Assembly (NCBI GenBank): GCA_030248215.1
Contig: JASANG010004131.1
Span: 124,001-188,000 of the forward strand
DNA: 64,000 nt
Direction: 5' to 3'
Source: Enoplolaimus lenunculus
Lineage: Eukaryota
Below the pieces are notes generated by a model, which saw nothing but the letters and a program-made list of their open reading frames with translations, was not told where the DNA came from and searched no databases. Made by a program: the position numbers and the translations under genes. Below are positions 35,809-49,597 of this stretch, in pieces (positions within the stretch are counted from its first letter, which is position 1; every line of letters starts with the position of its first letter).

Positions 35809-37022
35809 CATAAATAAATACTTGAAATTTTATGTTTATTTTACGCTCAAAATTAGTTATAAATAACGTATATGCCTGTTGCCCAATTATTGTTTGAAAT
35901 GAAAAAATACGAAATTCATCCAAAATCTTAAAAAAATTTAGGTGCACCCTTTTATAAATCCCGGTGAATATTTGCGTGCTTGAGAATTGTTTTGACAGAA
36001 AACTAAAACATTTTTGAAACTTTTACACTTCAATATCCGATTAACGTTTTCGTTTCCGTTATTCTTATCGCGAACATTTTCCATTTCCGTCTCCGATATT
36101 TTTATTTGGGCATAAATTACATCCAAACGTTTTATAGATTAATGTCAGTTTAGGGCTCAAATATTAAGTTTAATTTTATCGGTTGAAAAACTTTTTTGTT
36201 GCAAATAGTACTTGTTTGCTGTTCAATCTGAGCGACGAACCTAAATTGAATTCTTGGGTCTGTAAGCGTAATAGATACCTTATTGGTATACTTGAGGACT
36301 AACTACCAACTTCTTGTTTCCAAAAATATATGTTGAGTAAATATTTAGTCGCTGCAAGGACACGGTATCACAATTCCGGCACACTAATCTTGGTTCGATG
36401 ACAGATGCCGAAAGCACAGTAATAAGTCCGGCCCGTAACCAAGGGTGACTCAGTGCCCCAACTGTGACCCCACCCTTCGATAATTTCCAACCTTGCTTAT
36501 AAGTTATCGAAACGCCTTGTACGACCCTCTCAGAAAAAATGTTCAGCCTCCCTAGCAAGGTGAGACGCCTACGAATCTGGCATAAGTAAAACCCAAACTA
36601 TTGAATCACAAATCTCAATAGAAAATGCTTTCTTCTACGTATGAGTCCCGCGAGTGCCATAACAACAGAATCCTAAAACCAAATTATTTGGGTATCGTCA
36701 TTTGTGTGTTACTTAATCATATTTAATATCCTGTAAAAATGCCATCTTATTCCTCTTGAAACGAGATAATAAATTTGCTATTTTAATTTTATAAATAATT
36801 ACACGAAAATACCTGGAAGCCATTGTGTTGAGCTTGTACACGGCTTATGTGATGTATTAAGTTAAACCAAATATCTCTATCGCATCGTGGCGCTAACTTG
36901 GATAACAGGGTTTCACTGAGTAAAGTTAGCCATACTTAAGTTTTTTGAACATTGTTTGCTTTGAAGTTTATTGCATTCCGCAAAGAATGAAGTTTCGACT
37001 GACGGGTTCAAAAAACAGCTTA

Positions 37023-37157
37023 GGATTGCGCTATACTTCACTTTGCCGGACGCTGACGCGCGCCGCTATGCGTTTGTAATAAAAATAAATATACACAAAT
37101 AGTATTTGATGGCGTAAAGCGGCGTCCGGCGGCACGCGGCGAGTATACCGCAACGCT
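37023..37157. mobile_element. Tourist/PIF-Harbinger-like MITE; copies at ~17312-17379 and ~37634-37773
   Basis: TIR ggattgcgctatact / agtataccgcaacgc with TTA/TAA flanks. Confidence 0.65.
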
Positions 37158-37788
37158 TAAGCCAACGATTTCTAAACTTCAACTACCGCTTACACTGATC
37201 CCTAAATACTGCGAGAACAACTAAAACTTAATATAAGATTTGTTTTGAGCGAAATTATTGCTGCATTCAAGCATAAATAGAAAGTTATTAGCTAAATATA
37301 GCACATTTGGTGATTTCTTCATTCGGTCCATCAGAGTACGCGCAACGTTTCAGCATGCCATACACCCCAAAACACTAGATTGTTGCTGACGCGTTGTATA
37401 CTTTGAAAGATGTCGGGACGACAGTAATATTTCCGCCATACACCTGACAAAGTACAAAATTAGCCAGCATATCATGACGTTACAATAGCCCGTCTTCACG
37501 TTTAATCAGCTTACTCAAACAATAAGCTTTTCTTTTTCGTTGAAGTATATTCAGTCTTCACCCGCATCTTATTCGCCAAAATCCAAGCCAATAGCAGATT
37601 GTGATGTTTCCAACTCTTTCTAATAGTCTTAAAGGGGTACAATATACTCGCCGCGCAGCGCATCAGGGTAAAATTTTTGTATTAAAAATTGCCGCGTGCC
37701 GCCGAACGCCATCGAATAAGTTTCAGAGCGGCGTACGGAGCCGACCGGCGCACAGTGACGTATAACGCAACCCTAAACCCCCTTTATC

Positions 37789-37948
37789 CATGCCCGTAGC
37801 CAGCTCACCTTGCTAGGGGGGCTAATCAGGAGGGGTATTCAAGCATATTCAATGAGTTACAAGCCATGTTGAATATTTTCTAGGGGGGGGCAAAAATTTT
37901 TCAAGGGAGGCTGAACCTTCCTGCCCCCCTCCCTTGGCTACGTGACCG
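37789..37948. mobile_element. Short GC-rich MITE; copy at ~41035-41190
   Basis: cccgtagccagctcaccttgct...ggctacg shared by both copies. Confidence 0.7.
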
Positions 37949-38199
37949 CTTTCATCCGAAAATTATCCAACATTAAACCGGTAGTCTTTGTTTCCGGTTC
38001 ATACGCAGTCATTCTTCTCGTCCAAAGCTAATCCAATCGCTAAATTCGGCTGTTTTCATCTTTTCACTTTATTCCTCATTACGCCGCCATTCATTGCGTT
38101 GCCGTGCGCACATGTAAAAAATCAATTTGCCGAGTTTTACAATCAAGGTTCAAGTTTGGTCGTTAATACAAAATTACACAGAGAATCAATTAAACTTTC

Positions 38200-38616
38200 G
38201 TACAAAACCAAAAGTTGTGATTCGTTGAGCTCTGAATCTGTAAGGTGCATCAAGAGATCGACCAGCTCCATCCACGTTCCACCTCCCAGACGCAACAGCT
38301 ATCGCCGACAGCCACGATCTGACTTGCACTATGCTTTGTGCCTGAAAAGCAGGGCTCAACAGCCATCCACTTAGAACCTGGTGTGGCACGCAGTCACCAC
38401 GGTACACCATTCTGTCAACGTAGAAAGTCGCCGTCATCGGAGACTATCGGGTCGAATTCCACCACGACCACGCAGCTGTGTCCATCCCACCAACATAGAT
38501 TTGAAAGCAACAGCAATCTGGTGTTGTGCCGGTGGCGATGAATTATTGACCCAGTAGGATTGAACCTGAACATCCCGCTTGCAAGGCAGACATGCTATCC
38601 ACTACACCATTGACTC
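38200..38616 (-). mobile_element. tRNA-derived SINE (head 38616-38547 resembles tRNA-Gly) with GC-richer body
   Basis: TGGTGTAGTGGATAGCATGTCTGCCTTGCAAGCGGG...GGTTCAATCC has A and B boxes; acceptor and T stems are imperfect. Confidence 0.6.
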
Positions 38617-38888
38617 GTGATACCAGGAGACCAATTGGATCACATATTGCACATACATCCAAGATAACCACAACGCAAGCCCAACTCCAAGTATGCCGCA
38701 TTAATACCACATGAAGCATGCATGACGTATTGCAAACTTCTGACCCAATACTTAACTGGTAATCGTAGTTACACTTATGTGCTGTGCAATTTTCCTAAAA
38801 CGCTGGAATTTTACACGTTTTCGCAAAGTGTATGGCGTATCAGAGAACGCATTTCGTTAACCTATGCTTTTACCTTACAGGATTATAG

Positions 38889-39359
38889 CAGGGTGCGACC
38901 GGATCGCAAAAAAGCGGATACCGGATCCGGATAGTGATATTTTTACCGGAACCGGATGTTAACCGGATAGCGTTTTTTAAAATAAATCAATTTTTAGCAC
39001 GTTAATGCGTCAGTAAATATTAATTTATCTTTACTAAACTAAATATTGCGTTTATATAAGGAGCGTGTCCCAATACTTGAAAATAATTGTGTGAATCTGC
39101 AAATAATTGGTTTGTTTCGATAATAAAATCCGAATCGCTGTCTTAGCCATATGCAAAAAATACTGCTTTAAACCAATACTGTATACCTACATGTAATGGG
39201 ACTGACAACATAACATCTGACAACATAATTTGCAATAATTTGAGATTTACGAAATCATCACCGAAATCCGGTATGCGGTAGGTTTATACCGGATACCGGA
39301 ATCGGATGCGGGTTTTTTGCCGGATAGTAAACAGGAGCCGGATATCCGGTCGCGCCCTG
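38889..39359. mobile_element. hAT-type MITE (related subfamily, ATCCGG repeats)
   Basis: TIR CAGGGTGCGACCGGAT; TSD gattatag. Confidence 0.88.
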
Positions 39360-39818
39360 GATTATAGTGTCAGTAAAATTCATATATACACTAAATCTTC
39401 TGTATAACGGACTGTTAACACACTCGCTACCAAAAAATACTTTTACATTGAGGTTATATACATCCAACTTACTGGAAACTAATTCCTACCTAAACGCAAA
39501 TGCGGTGTTGTCAATTCTCAACTTGTCTTGATTATATCTAGAGTGAATAACGACAAGTGTGCAACTCTTGAGGTTCCGCATGGTACAAAATGTACCGCCG
39601 GGCGTTGCGGTTTTGGCCGACCGCCATCCTTGTTTAGAGGGCGTTCGCTATCACATGAATACTTCTAAATTAACCTATAAAGGGAGCATGTTTGATGCAG
39701 TATACATAAAGTGCCATGGCTCGCACCGGTTGTTCCCCCCTCTAAACAAAGGGGAGGGGTAGGGCAAAATCGAAACACGTGCCGGGTACATTATTTTCTA
39801 CACAGCAATGTCTCCAGC

Positions 39819-40613
39819 CAGGGGCGTACCGAGAGCGAGAGGGGAATGGCGAGGGGAGGGGGCGGCCCCCCTTCAAATTGGAATCAGTTCGTGTACCATA
39901 ATTTACATTAGATACAACGCGAGGTTGTTAATTATTCAATTATCAAAAAATTTTGCCTTTGGCACTGTTCAAAGGAAAACTTCATCGTCTAATTTCCTAA
40001 CCAAATCAAGCCAAAGCTAAAGATAATAAAATTGTACAAAGCTTCACAGTTACACAATTGGTTGCCGAGGGCTTCTGGTTTGGTGATTTAGACCAATAGG
40101 TTCATGAATACAGAAACATTTTGAGACTCTTACAGAGTGATTCAATACTGAAACAATGTATTGCTTCTCGCTCGCTTCCCTCGCGAATTTATCAAAATTC
40201 ACCCTAATTCCTGGTTACGAGATTTGCTACACTCTGGTTAAACTCAAAGACAAAAGCGCGCCAACAAAGACCCTACACTGAACTTGTGTATACAAACACT
40301 AGAGTTAAACTTATTAATAGTATCTAGGTTTTCGCTCGCTTCGTTCGCGATATTTTCTTCAAATCGTGTTTACGTAACGAACAATTTGCTTCCGCCAAGC
40401 TACCCAGCTCGCTAACAATTTCGGGGACCCAAAAGGAAACTCTGAAATTGGTCTCGGAGCCGACTAGGAAAGCGTGACCAATCTCTCACATATCACGCCA
40501 AAAATTTAGATGGATCACTGTTAAAGGGTTCCAATTTCAATTTCGGTGGAAACCTAAGGCACGATCGTGGCAGGATGCGGCACCCCCAATCCAAATTTCT
40601 CGGTATGCCGCTG
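39819..40613. mobile_element. hAT-type non-autonomous element
   Basis: TIR caggggcgtaccgaga / tctcggtatgccgctg; TSD tctccagc/tctccggc. Confidence 0.78.
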
Positions 40614-41443
40614 TCTCCGGCTGCATACTCGTGTTAAATAGCTATTATCCGCTCTCGATTATACAAATTACAAATGTAACAATCAAAATTGGTGTAAAAA
40701 ATGTAAAATTAATCATTTTACTGTTTACAAATCGTTTTGTATATTTTTACTTTCAATGAGAAAGACTGTTCCAGAAGGACGTTTCCAAAAGAAACTTTCT
40801 AGACAATTGAAAAACAATTTTCACATATGCACTATGTGTACACCGCACAAACACAGCGAGGATCATATATGTATATACAGCTCATGTTAATAATACGTGG
40901 GAAAATGAATAAAAAACAACAAAGTGTGACGATTTATGACATCATTTTTATCGTTGAAAAACGTTTGTAAACAATACTGTCGATGGGAATATTGTTGCAA
41001 TACTGTATCAAATCGACACAAATCACGTGTACGCGTGGCGCGTGGCCAGCTCACCTTGCTTGTGGGGGGTGGGTTAACATACAAGGGTTTTTGTTGACTT
41101 ACAAGCAAGATTGAAAAATTCTCTAGGGAGGCCAAAATTTTCCCAGGGGGGGGGTTGAGCCCACCCTGGCGCCCCTTTGCTACGGGCCCGTGTACGCACT
41201 AAGTAAAGTGATAAAAAAGGATCAATCTTTGATTGGTTTTGCTCAGTAGCGTACCAAGAAGTATATATAAAAGGGAGACACTTGGTTGTATGTTGTCCCT
41301 TGAAATTTCTGGATAAACAAACGAATTGTAGGCTGTCGAATTGGTTGGATCATGGAGATTTAGGAAATTTGTTATAGCTACATTAAAGGCTGTACTCGCC
41401 TAAAATAAAGATCCTGCTTGCGCCCGTAAGCGTATCCAAAAAC

Positions 41444-41616
41444 GGCCCATGTTACATTACGGGGCGTCTAGGGTTCTGGTGGGTCCATAAAAGAGTAGGT
41501 TTAGATTCTAGATTGTATTTTTTGCTTAGGCTTAGGCTTAGGAACACATTTTTGCGACGCTTTGGCTTAGGGAATACGCTTAATCTACTGTTACGCCCCT
41601 TAATGTAACATTGTCC
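41444..41616. mobile_element. TIR element carrying TTAGGC repeats; relatives at 890-1010, ~30571-30720 and 53572-53737
   Basis: TIR ggcccatgttacattacggggcg / cgccccttaatgtaacattgtcc; internal gcttaggcttaggcttagg. Confidence 0.72.
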
Positions 41617-43043
41617 CAAAAAGCTGTAAAGGGGTGATGTACTTGATTAAAAGATATATTTAAGTAAAAACAAAATAATGATGCCATTGAAAATTTTTGC
41701 CTGTCAGAAACTCACAACCAGCGACGTGGTCGAAGTCGGACCATAGTGAAACTTAAAGCGGTGCTACAAACTGACTTTGTAGAACAATTTAAAATTGATG
41801 ATTTTAAAGTTTAACAAAATAAAATGTAACTTGTGAATTTGGAAGAGACACAGCAAATGTAGTTGTTGTTCCTTGTGGAAAATTAATTTTCAATGTTCGC
41901 CAGTCGGCGCTTGCTGAAAACGGTCGGACTTGGAAAATGTTTGCATATTTGATCTCATGCAAACGTCTAACCTTTTCATGTTGAAATTCAAATTTGCAGA
42001 TATTTGCTATTTTTCAATCCCAAGGTCCATCCTCGATGGGACCAAAAAATTTTTTGCCAAAAAGTCAGACAGGTTACATATCGTTCGGTACGACTCAGCT
42101 ATACAGGCTATGTCGTATAATATATAACATTGCCAAACTGTTTCTCAAAAACTTTTTCAGTCAAACAGGTACAGTGGAAAACAGCGAATTTGTATGAAAA
42201 TTGGAATTTCAATACGGAATGATTCGAGGAGGTCATCATGAGAATCTCAAATATTTTAGAATTTTTCGCTCAAATTCGACCATTTGGGGGCAAACGTCGG
42301 CTAGCGGGCAGTTAACGGAAAAGAGTCAGAAATCGTTGCACCAATTGATCTGTTTATAAACACCCTGTTGTAATGTTGTTGACAATAAATTTAAAACTGC
42401 ATGTTTTAGCAGTCGTAAAATTGTTTAAGAATATTCACGAAAAGATATATAATGCGTAGAAATTTATATTTTGTTTCAACTCAAATACAGCGTCCAACCG
42501 AAGCGGACATTTTGATCAAAACTGGGCTGAGTTTTCGTTTGCCAATTTAAGTTTCGAAATCTGCTTCGAAACACGAATTGTACGCTAGGGCGATTTCGGT
42601 GGGGCGAGACAATGTGAAGAAAGCCATATTTATTACAGAAAACACAAACGTACTCTCTAAAAACTTAAACTTAAATTATAGCTTAACTAAGCTTGAGTAT
42701 TAGTTAAAGTAATACTCAAATGGCTGAACAGACTGACTAAACTAGTAAACTTATTTGCGGTTTAAGTAACAAATTCAACTCAGAAGATAAAAACATTAGC
42801 TGAGAAAAATTAATCGAATACGACACAATACAATATATGGCGTAGCGGCATGCAAACCAAAACTCTGGCTATGTATTCCAATGACCAGAAAGTTCAATAT
42901 CAGGGGCGGTCACAATTTGGGGGAGAGTAGCCGAGACGCCCCCTTCCAGAAATTTTTCACAGTAAAATTTTAAAAAAATATATAGATGCTAACTTGAAAA
43001 AAACATCAACTTTTATGAGCGACTTTGTAAAATCTAAAAGCAT

Positions 43044-43239
43044 CAGCACCGGAGCAGACAGCGGCAGAGGCTTCCACCAAACTTCAGGGTGGGAGCCGCC
43101 AAACTTGCGAACGAAGCGAGCGAGGCGCCAGACGTATTTTAAAACCTTGGCGGTTTTCGTTTCAACCGGTTAGAGTGGGAGCCCCTTTAGTAGGGGTGGG
43201 GGTCCCCAAATGGGGGTGAGCGTGGCTGCTCCGGCCCTG
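43044..43239. mobile_element. GC-rich MITE nested in another element (~42901-43285); relatives at ~46300-46430 and ~46712-46830
   Basis: cagcaccggagcag / ctgctccggccctg; TSD aaaagcat/aaaagcac. Confidence 0.72.
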
Positions 43240-44081
43240 AAAAGCACGCCGTATCCGCTCCGAAGAAAAATCCTCGAACCGCCGGATTTTAATATAACCA
43301 AATATTTAAAACCTCAAAGTTTTGACAATGACCAGTTGCAATTTACTATTAATTGCTAAAAACTTTTGAAAACGCAGTTAAACGAATGCTGCAAAATATG
43401 TTTCTACCATTTATACACACTAAACACAACTGTATACCTTATAAAAGGAAACGATGACTAATAAAGTACTCAGAAAATTGAATTTTTGAGAAAACGGTGA
43501 ATGACTCATATACAACAAATATCAACCGATTGAGTTCTGGGATACAGAACCCTGAAACCTTGAATCTGGAACCAGGGGACCCGGATATTTTTTGCACCGT
43601 AATTTTTTAATTGTGTCGAAATCTTTTTTCAGCTACGATGGACGAAGATGGAAGTAAAGAGGCGCTGTGCCGCCGCCCCCCCTACCTAACTTGCCTCTTG
43701 TACGACTATATTGACAAATTTTTATTTGATGCTCTATGATGTCATTATGACGTCACTTTATTGCATCAGCTGTTTTACAATGGATGATGCTATTCGAAAT
43801 GTCGAATAGCGGCATGATGAATCCCAAAGTTCCGGTACAAGTAGTGGGGGGGGGGTGGGTCGTAATATAAAATAAAAAAAAATCCTCGCGAGCTTATACC
43901 AAGCGAGAAGTAAACTTCGTTTTGAATTTCATTATGTATTAATAAGTTTAACGTTTTGTGTGTCAGACAAAACTGTAAATAGTCTGTTTAATGCATTTCT
44001 CTCAATATGTTGCTTTTGCGGCAATTCTGCTAGATCCACGTTGGATTTTTGGAAATGCAGTTGACATCTAAGCAGCGCAAC

Positions 44082-44388
44082 CCCCAGCGGATCCAGAAAC
44101 GGGGGCAGCAACGGGCGTACGCCCACCCCCATTTTTTGTGATAAAATGGTAAAGTCCCTAGTCTACAATTTTTCCCTTAGAAACTTATTTGTAAAAAAGA
44201 TAAGGTCCCTTAAATCTTTCCATCAGAATTTTTTTGCGATAAAATTATAAGGTCCCTGCTTTATTGGTTTTCCACCTCAGAAAATTTTTTGATGACAAAA
44301 TGATAAGGTCCCTACTTTACAATTTTTGCGTTCCACAACACTTGCCACCCTGCCTCGTCGACGTGAAAAATTCCTGGATCTGCCGCTG
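44082..44388. mobile_element. GCGGATCC-TIR MITE (same family; further copy at ~31600-31848)
   Basis: TSD agcgcaac on both sides. Confidence 0.8.
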
Positions 44389-47300
44389 AGCGCAACATGC
44401 GAAAGTTTAAGCGTACAAAAACTATATCTGAATCTTATACACTTTCCCTGCCATAACATTATCGCCTTATGTTATGCAGTGTAAAAAATGGAGAATCAAA
44501 TTGACTCTCTCGGAAACAGGCTTTTCCTGACTACACAAACTGAGTCAAATTTGACTCCGCCAGAGTTAAATTTGACTCAGTTTGTGTAGTCAGGAAAAGC
44601 CTATTTCCGAGAGAGTCAATTTGACTCCCCATTTTTTATTGTAGACATGGCTTATTCCTGAACATAAAAGCAGTTATGCATACGCCTTTAGCCTTTGTTT
44701 AAGCCCAAGCTTATAGTGTAACGCTTCACATCTAATGCATGTCATAGGTGTACAACAGCTAAAGCAAAGCCGTACAGATTTTAATACAATTGCATAAATA
44801 TCCCACAAATTTAAAACGTTACAATGTTTACCGGTCGTTATTCGACACCATCAAACAACGTCCAGAATCCAAACGCAGTTTACACTGCCCTACAATCCGC
44901 CCAAAGCATATGACAAAAAAATTCAAAAACGAAAGTATCACGAACCAAAAGAACTCCAATCGCATTAAATGTGTTTTTCAGAAGTCGGGGAATAAACTCG
45001 ATTAATATGTGAAATAAGTATTTTCAAGACAAACGGACCAGTAGTATTTTAACTTTAAATATGCGGATAAATGTGTTTTCAGAAGACGGAATAAAAACTC
45101 GATTATAATTTGTGTAATAAATATTTTCAAGACAAGCGGACCAGCGCATTTAAACATTATGAACACGTTAAAACGTGTCTGAACAGGTATTAAAACAACA
45201 ATAAATGGCAACAGATCGATTGCAACATTGCGGTGACGTGTTTTAAACGCATTATAATTGGTTACTTTTTTTAAAGCATTTTGATTGGACAATACATATT
45301 GCGAATCTCGATTGGTGCATGATGCAACATTGGTAACGTGTTTTAATTGGCTGTTGTGTCGGCGTTGTCCAAATACTGTATTGACCCGAATAAGGGGGAG
45401 GAGTAATAAGAGGGGGAGGTCCCCATTTTGAGTCCGAATCAATTGGAGTCCGTATCCCTAATAAGAGTCCGTAAAGCGGAAGGGCCCAACCCAAAGAGTC
45501 CATAAATGTATTAACCCAAATAGCGCATATCAACAGTCTGCAACCGAATATATCAGTAAACGAAGGGCAACGGAGCGTGTGTTGAAAATAAATAACAGTC
45601 TGTAACCGAATAACAAAGGGGGTACTCTCTGGAGGGCCCAAATAAATATCAGTCTCCCCCTCTTATTGGCGTCACTACATAGTAGCCAGAGAATAGCAGA
45701 TTGGCTTACGACATAAATACTGTCCCTCACATTCTTCGAAATTTTAATATTTTAGCTTTTTAATACTTTTTAGCATTTAGGATCAAGTGTACGCTTTTAA
45801 AAATATACTAGGAAATTGAAAGTGGCAGTGTTTATAATACACTGCGACTTGACTGGCTACTCAAAATTGTAACGAAATGGCATGTTTACCAAACAGGGTG
45901 GATGCTTCGAAATTTTCAGGCAGACTACTGAAAAATTGACTTATGACAAATATATATTTATATAAATCGACTGAAGGCGCCGAACCAGGTGTTCTCCGAC
46001 GGGTCTTTAAACTTTGAGCGTTCCAAAGATTCCAAATGCAGAAATTTACCGAATTGCCCTTCGATGAAACACTGGCGGATGCAGGATTTTTTACAGGGAA
46101 TAACTGATTTAACAGCTGCGTGTAAAACACGGGTTGACATGTGATAAGCTGTAGTTTGGTCATAAATTTAAGTCAGGCTATCTTGCATTTTATTACAGTC
46201 ATAATTTTCCGAAAAGTATGAATTTTGTATTAAATTGAGGTATTTCGTGAAGTCTTGAAAAATCGTGGTATTAGCAAGTTTTTTATCAAAATCGATTGCG
46301 AGTGCAGGAGCAGACAAGGGTCGAGGCTCCCCCCAAACTCCATGGTGGGAGCCTCTAAACTCGCGAGCGAGAAGGCAGACGAATTTTAAAACCGGCGGTT
46401 TTTGTTTCAACCGGTTTAGTCAAAACCTCGGGAGCGAAAAGCTAGCGGATAGAACACGAAACTTCGTTTTGCGGTGTAAATTTTACGAGTTTAGCGGCTT
46501 CCTTATTTTTCTTCTGGTGTCGACAGACACTATGAGACATCCGTATTTTCGCGTTTCTGCTACGCACGGACGGGCAAACTTCAAAAAGGTCTTTGTTTCA
46601 TATAAAAGTTGGAAAAAACTAGCATAATAATCGATCGTGAAACCTAACGCTATTTAGCGTTGAATATTAACTCAAACACTTGCTTGTGATCTTTGTTGGG
46701 GGCCCTATATCCAGTGCCAGAGCAGACAGAGGTGGCGGCTTCGTACAAACTCGAGGGTGGAGGCCACCAAACTCGCAAGCGAAGCGAGAAGAAAAAACCA
46801 GGTATGGGCGGCGACTGCTCCGTCCTTGCCTTGATTTGAGTACCCCCTTAAATCTGCCCGTGAGATGCTATGTTGTGGCAGTGTGATGTGAGGGTCGATT
46901 TTTAACAGCGGCTGTGCTTATCGCATTACGACTGATGATGTGACGTGCCAAGTTAACCTAACTAAACGAAGTGAAAACGGTAAAGTTATACATAGTCCAG
47001 GTGGTGGGTCATCCCTTTCGACTAGCCTTTAGCTCTGGTGTTGCACATGTAAACAGTCTTGATTTGTAAACTGCCATTGCGTTGATGTACGACGAAACCT
47101 AAAATATCTTGTACCGCTCCGACCCAGGCGTTAGGTATACATTTATTCTCGTATTCAAATTGATTTTAATACAGAAAGCCAGAACAAGCGTTAAGCGGAT
47201 TCGCAAATGCTAAAACTAACATATAATAATTGAGGTATAATATATTGACGTTTAATGTTTAGTAACCTGTAACATGTCACCAAAGCTGTGTTTGAATGTT

Positions 47301-48399
47301 CATTTTTGAGGAGGTTTTCTGGAGTTTACCAAATTTATCATTTAATTTACGTAGCTAGTTGTGTGCTATGTAGATTATTTTATACCTATTTATGGGCTCA
47401 TGAATACAAACGCAACATACAACATATAGTGACAACGTTTCTCAAAAATTAGGTATTTCATATGTAATCATGAATAGCTTTTTGCGGAAGAAGTATACGC
47501 TGCAAAAATGCCACATATATGTGAACGTAAAGTTCGATGTCCAGCCCGGTCCGAAACTTTCGACAAAATTTTTCGAAGCGGTCGACCAGATTGTACGGTT
47601 TCATTGTGGGGCTGATACCTTGACGTAAACTGCAATTAGCAAGTCCATGAATTGCCGGAATTTGGATTCACAGTTTGAGACGACCGCCTGGACAAAGAGG
47701 GCAAAGAACATGTCAATGACATCACAGCCTAGGCAGCTTCGGTTTTAAACTTCTGTCCTTCCAATGTACAATACGCAGCAGAAAAGCAGGCGTTATGTTG
47801 GTTTGAACTAGGGTGCAACCGGATATCCGGCTTCGACGAAATATCTTCCTCCTGACAGGGATGGGCGCTCTGTTCTCTTGAGTCTCGGTGGTTTGCAAAT
47901 CGAGAACGTAGAGGTGAAAAAGAGAAACAATTGCTATTATCTGAGCTAGTTTGAGTTGATGATGAAAGGGTGCAGCGATGTTTTGCTTGTATTTTGGAGT
48001 AAATGCATATGCGTAAACCACTAGAAATTAGGTACTTCCCTCAATGCTATGATTGTTTTAATAGAAGTCTCCGACATGGATGGTTAGGTTTAGGATTACG
48101 CTTCAGCTTAGGCATGGGTGTGTTGAAATAAACAAGTAAATAAGATTGCACAGCACAAGCAGAGTGAATGAGCTTTATTCGGAGTTGATAACCAAGTCAA
48201 GTTTTTATTAACATTGGCACTGACGGTTACATATACTCAGCTTCAGTTAATTTTCATATGTGCAGCGTCTGTTATATATTTGGAGTTAAAAATTATTTTC
48301 AGAAGGGTTTCAATCGTTTCGTTTGTACCACCATTCCTAACTGATAAAGTAAAAAAGTAAAGTTTGGCGGCGATTTAATTGTATGAATTAAACGGATAT

Positions 48400-48632
48400 T
48401 CTGAGCAGATACGTCCGCTCTATTAGTTATTTACTAGGCGCTCCTTCTGTTGGGAAGATATTATTGGGGAAGAATTGTATGAATTTACAGCGAGTAAGCT
48501 GAAAGGATTTACGAGAAAGTCGTTCTTAGCATGGCACGGGTATAGTTTCAGTGAATAACCACGAGTATGTGCGTTCGGAGAGAATTTGAAGAATTCGTTA
48601 AATTGAAAATCTACTGTACTAGATTTTTTCAT
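48400..48632 (-). mobile_element. 3' fragment of a non-LTR retrotransposon ORF2 (CR1/L2-like)
   Basis: FF...TRGYSLKL...NPFS..AVNSYNS.P matches the TRGHxLKL...FFSxRVxxxWNxLP C-terminal motif. Confidence 0.7.
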
Positions 48633-49216
48633 AACTCTAAACTATTGTTTATAGGACAAAATTATGACCAATATTAGTAATACAAAATAAATCTAAATTA
48701 GCATGATTAAGTCTTACTTTTGTCGCAATATGCAATTGAATTTTGGGGCGTGAACTAGCAGGCTACGCATTGTTATGCGGACTGCGCGTGTCTACATGCA
48801 GACTATATGTCGACACGTATGTTGCCGGCTAATATATACTATGCAAGCTGAGCGTGTTGGATATATGCTAATTAACAAATAGTTAAACTTGCAAATGCAT
48901 TGATTTGCTGAAGCCATGCTTTATTTTCCCATGCTAAAAACAAACTGTTGTTTGGCCCGCCAGTTCGTTAGTAGTATGTTATTAACCTACAGATTGCACC
49001 CTGACATAACGGAGCTTAGTTTATATAAAAGTGTCAATCAAATAATTTGATGTAAATTAGCGAAAAACGGTCACATATATGCAGAAAGTAAAGTGCTATT
49101 TTTAATTTTCTTTTATATATTGGAAGTCGCTGTTCAAAAAAGCTGTAGGGTGATCTTTGGGGTACATCTGAAAGTGGGGCCCTGGGTTTTGTGCGATGGC
49201 AAGATTTCTGTTTTAC

Positions 49217-49597
49217 TAGGGATGTGCCGATACCAAAATTTTTGCCGATGCCGATACCGATGCCGATTCCAACTTTAGTACACCATGCTTAATAAGCAGA
49301 TAGAATACTACATTACGATTTATATGAAGGCTTAAACCCTAACCATCGTAAACGATTATAATCTTATAAGAACGGTTAACTTCAATTGATTTTTTCAAAC
49401 ACAAACGCAAGAGAGCAATTTTCCTGAGCAGACACACTATTGTGCGCCCAGAAATGAAATTGATAGCATTCCAACTGAAGGTTGTGTGCAGAAAGTATCG
49501 GCAAAGAATCGGCAATTTTTTTGCAGTACCGATGTCGATACTCACGAAAAGTGCTGATTATTACCGATGCCGATACCGATTAATCGACACTTCCCTA
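49217..49597. mobile_element. MITE of the TAGGGATGTGCCGAT family; other copies at ~20010-20388, ~23812-24212 and 51132-51360 (partial, inverted)
   Basis: TIR tagggatgtgccgat / atcgacacttcccta; GCCGAT subrepeats; near-TSD gtttta(a)c. Confidence 0.85.

Noticed and set aside
46075..46107. Plus-strand ADAGFFTG resembling the SRRM1 N-terminus (MDAGFFR)
   Set aside because: Wrong strand, no start codon and an early stop. It is a gcggatgcaggattttt MITE-like end, and the real first exon is at 25855-25829.
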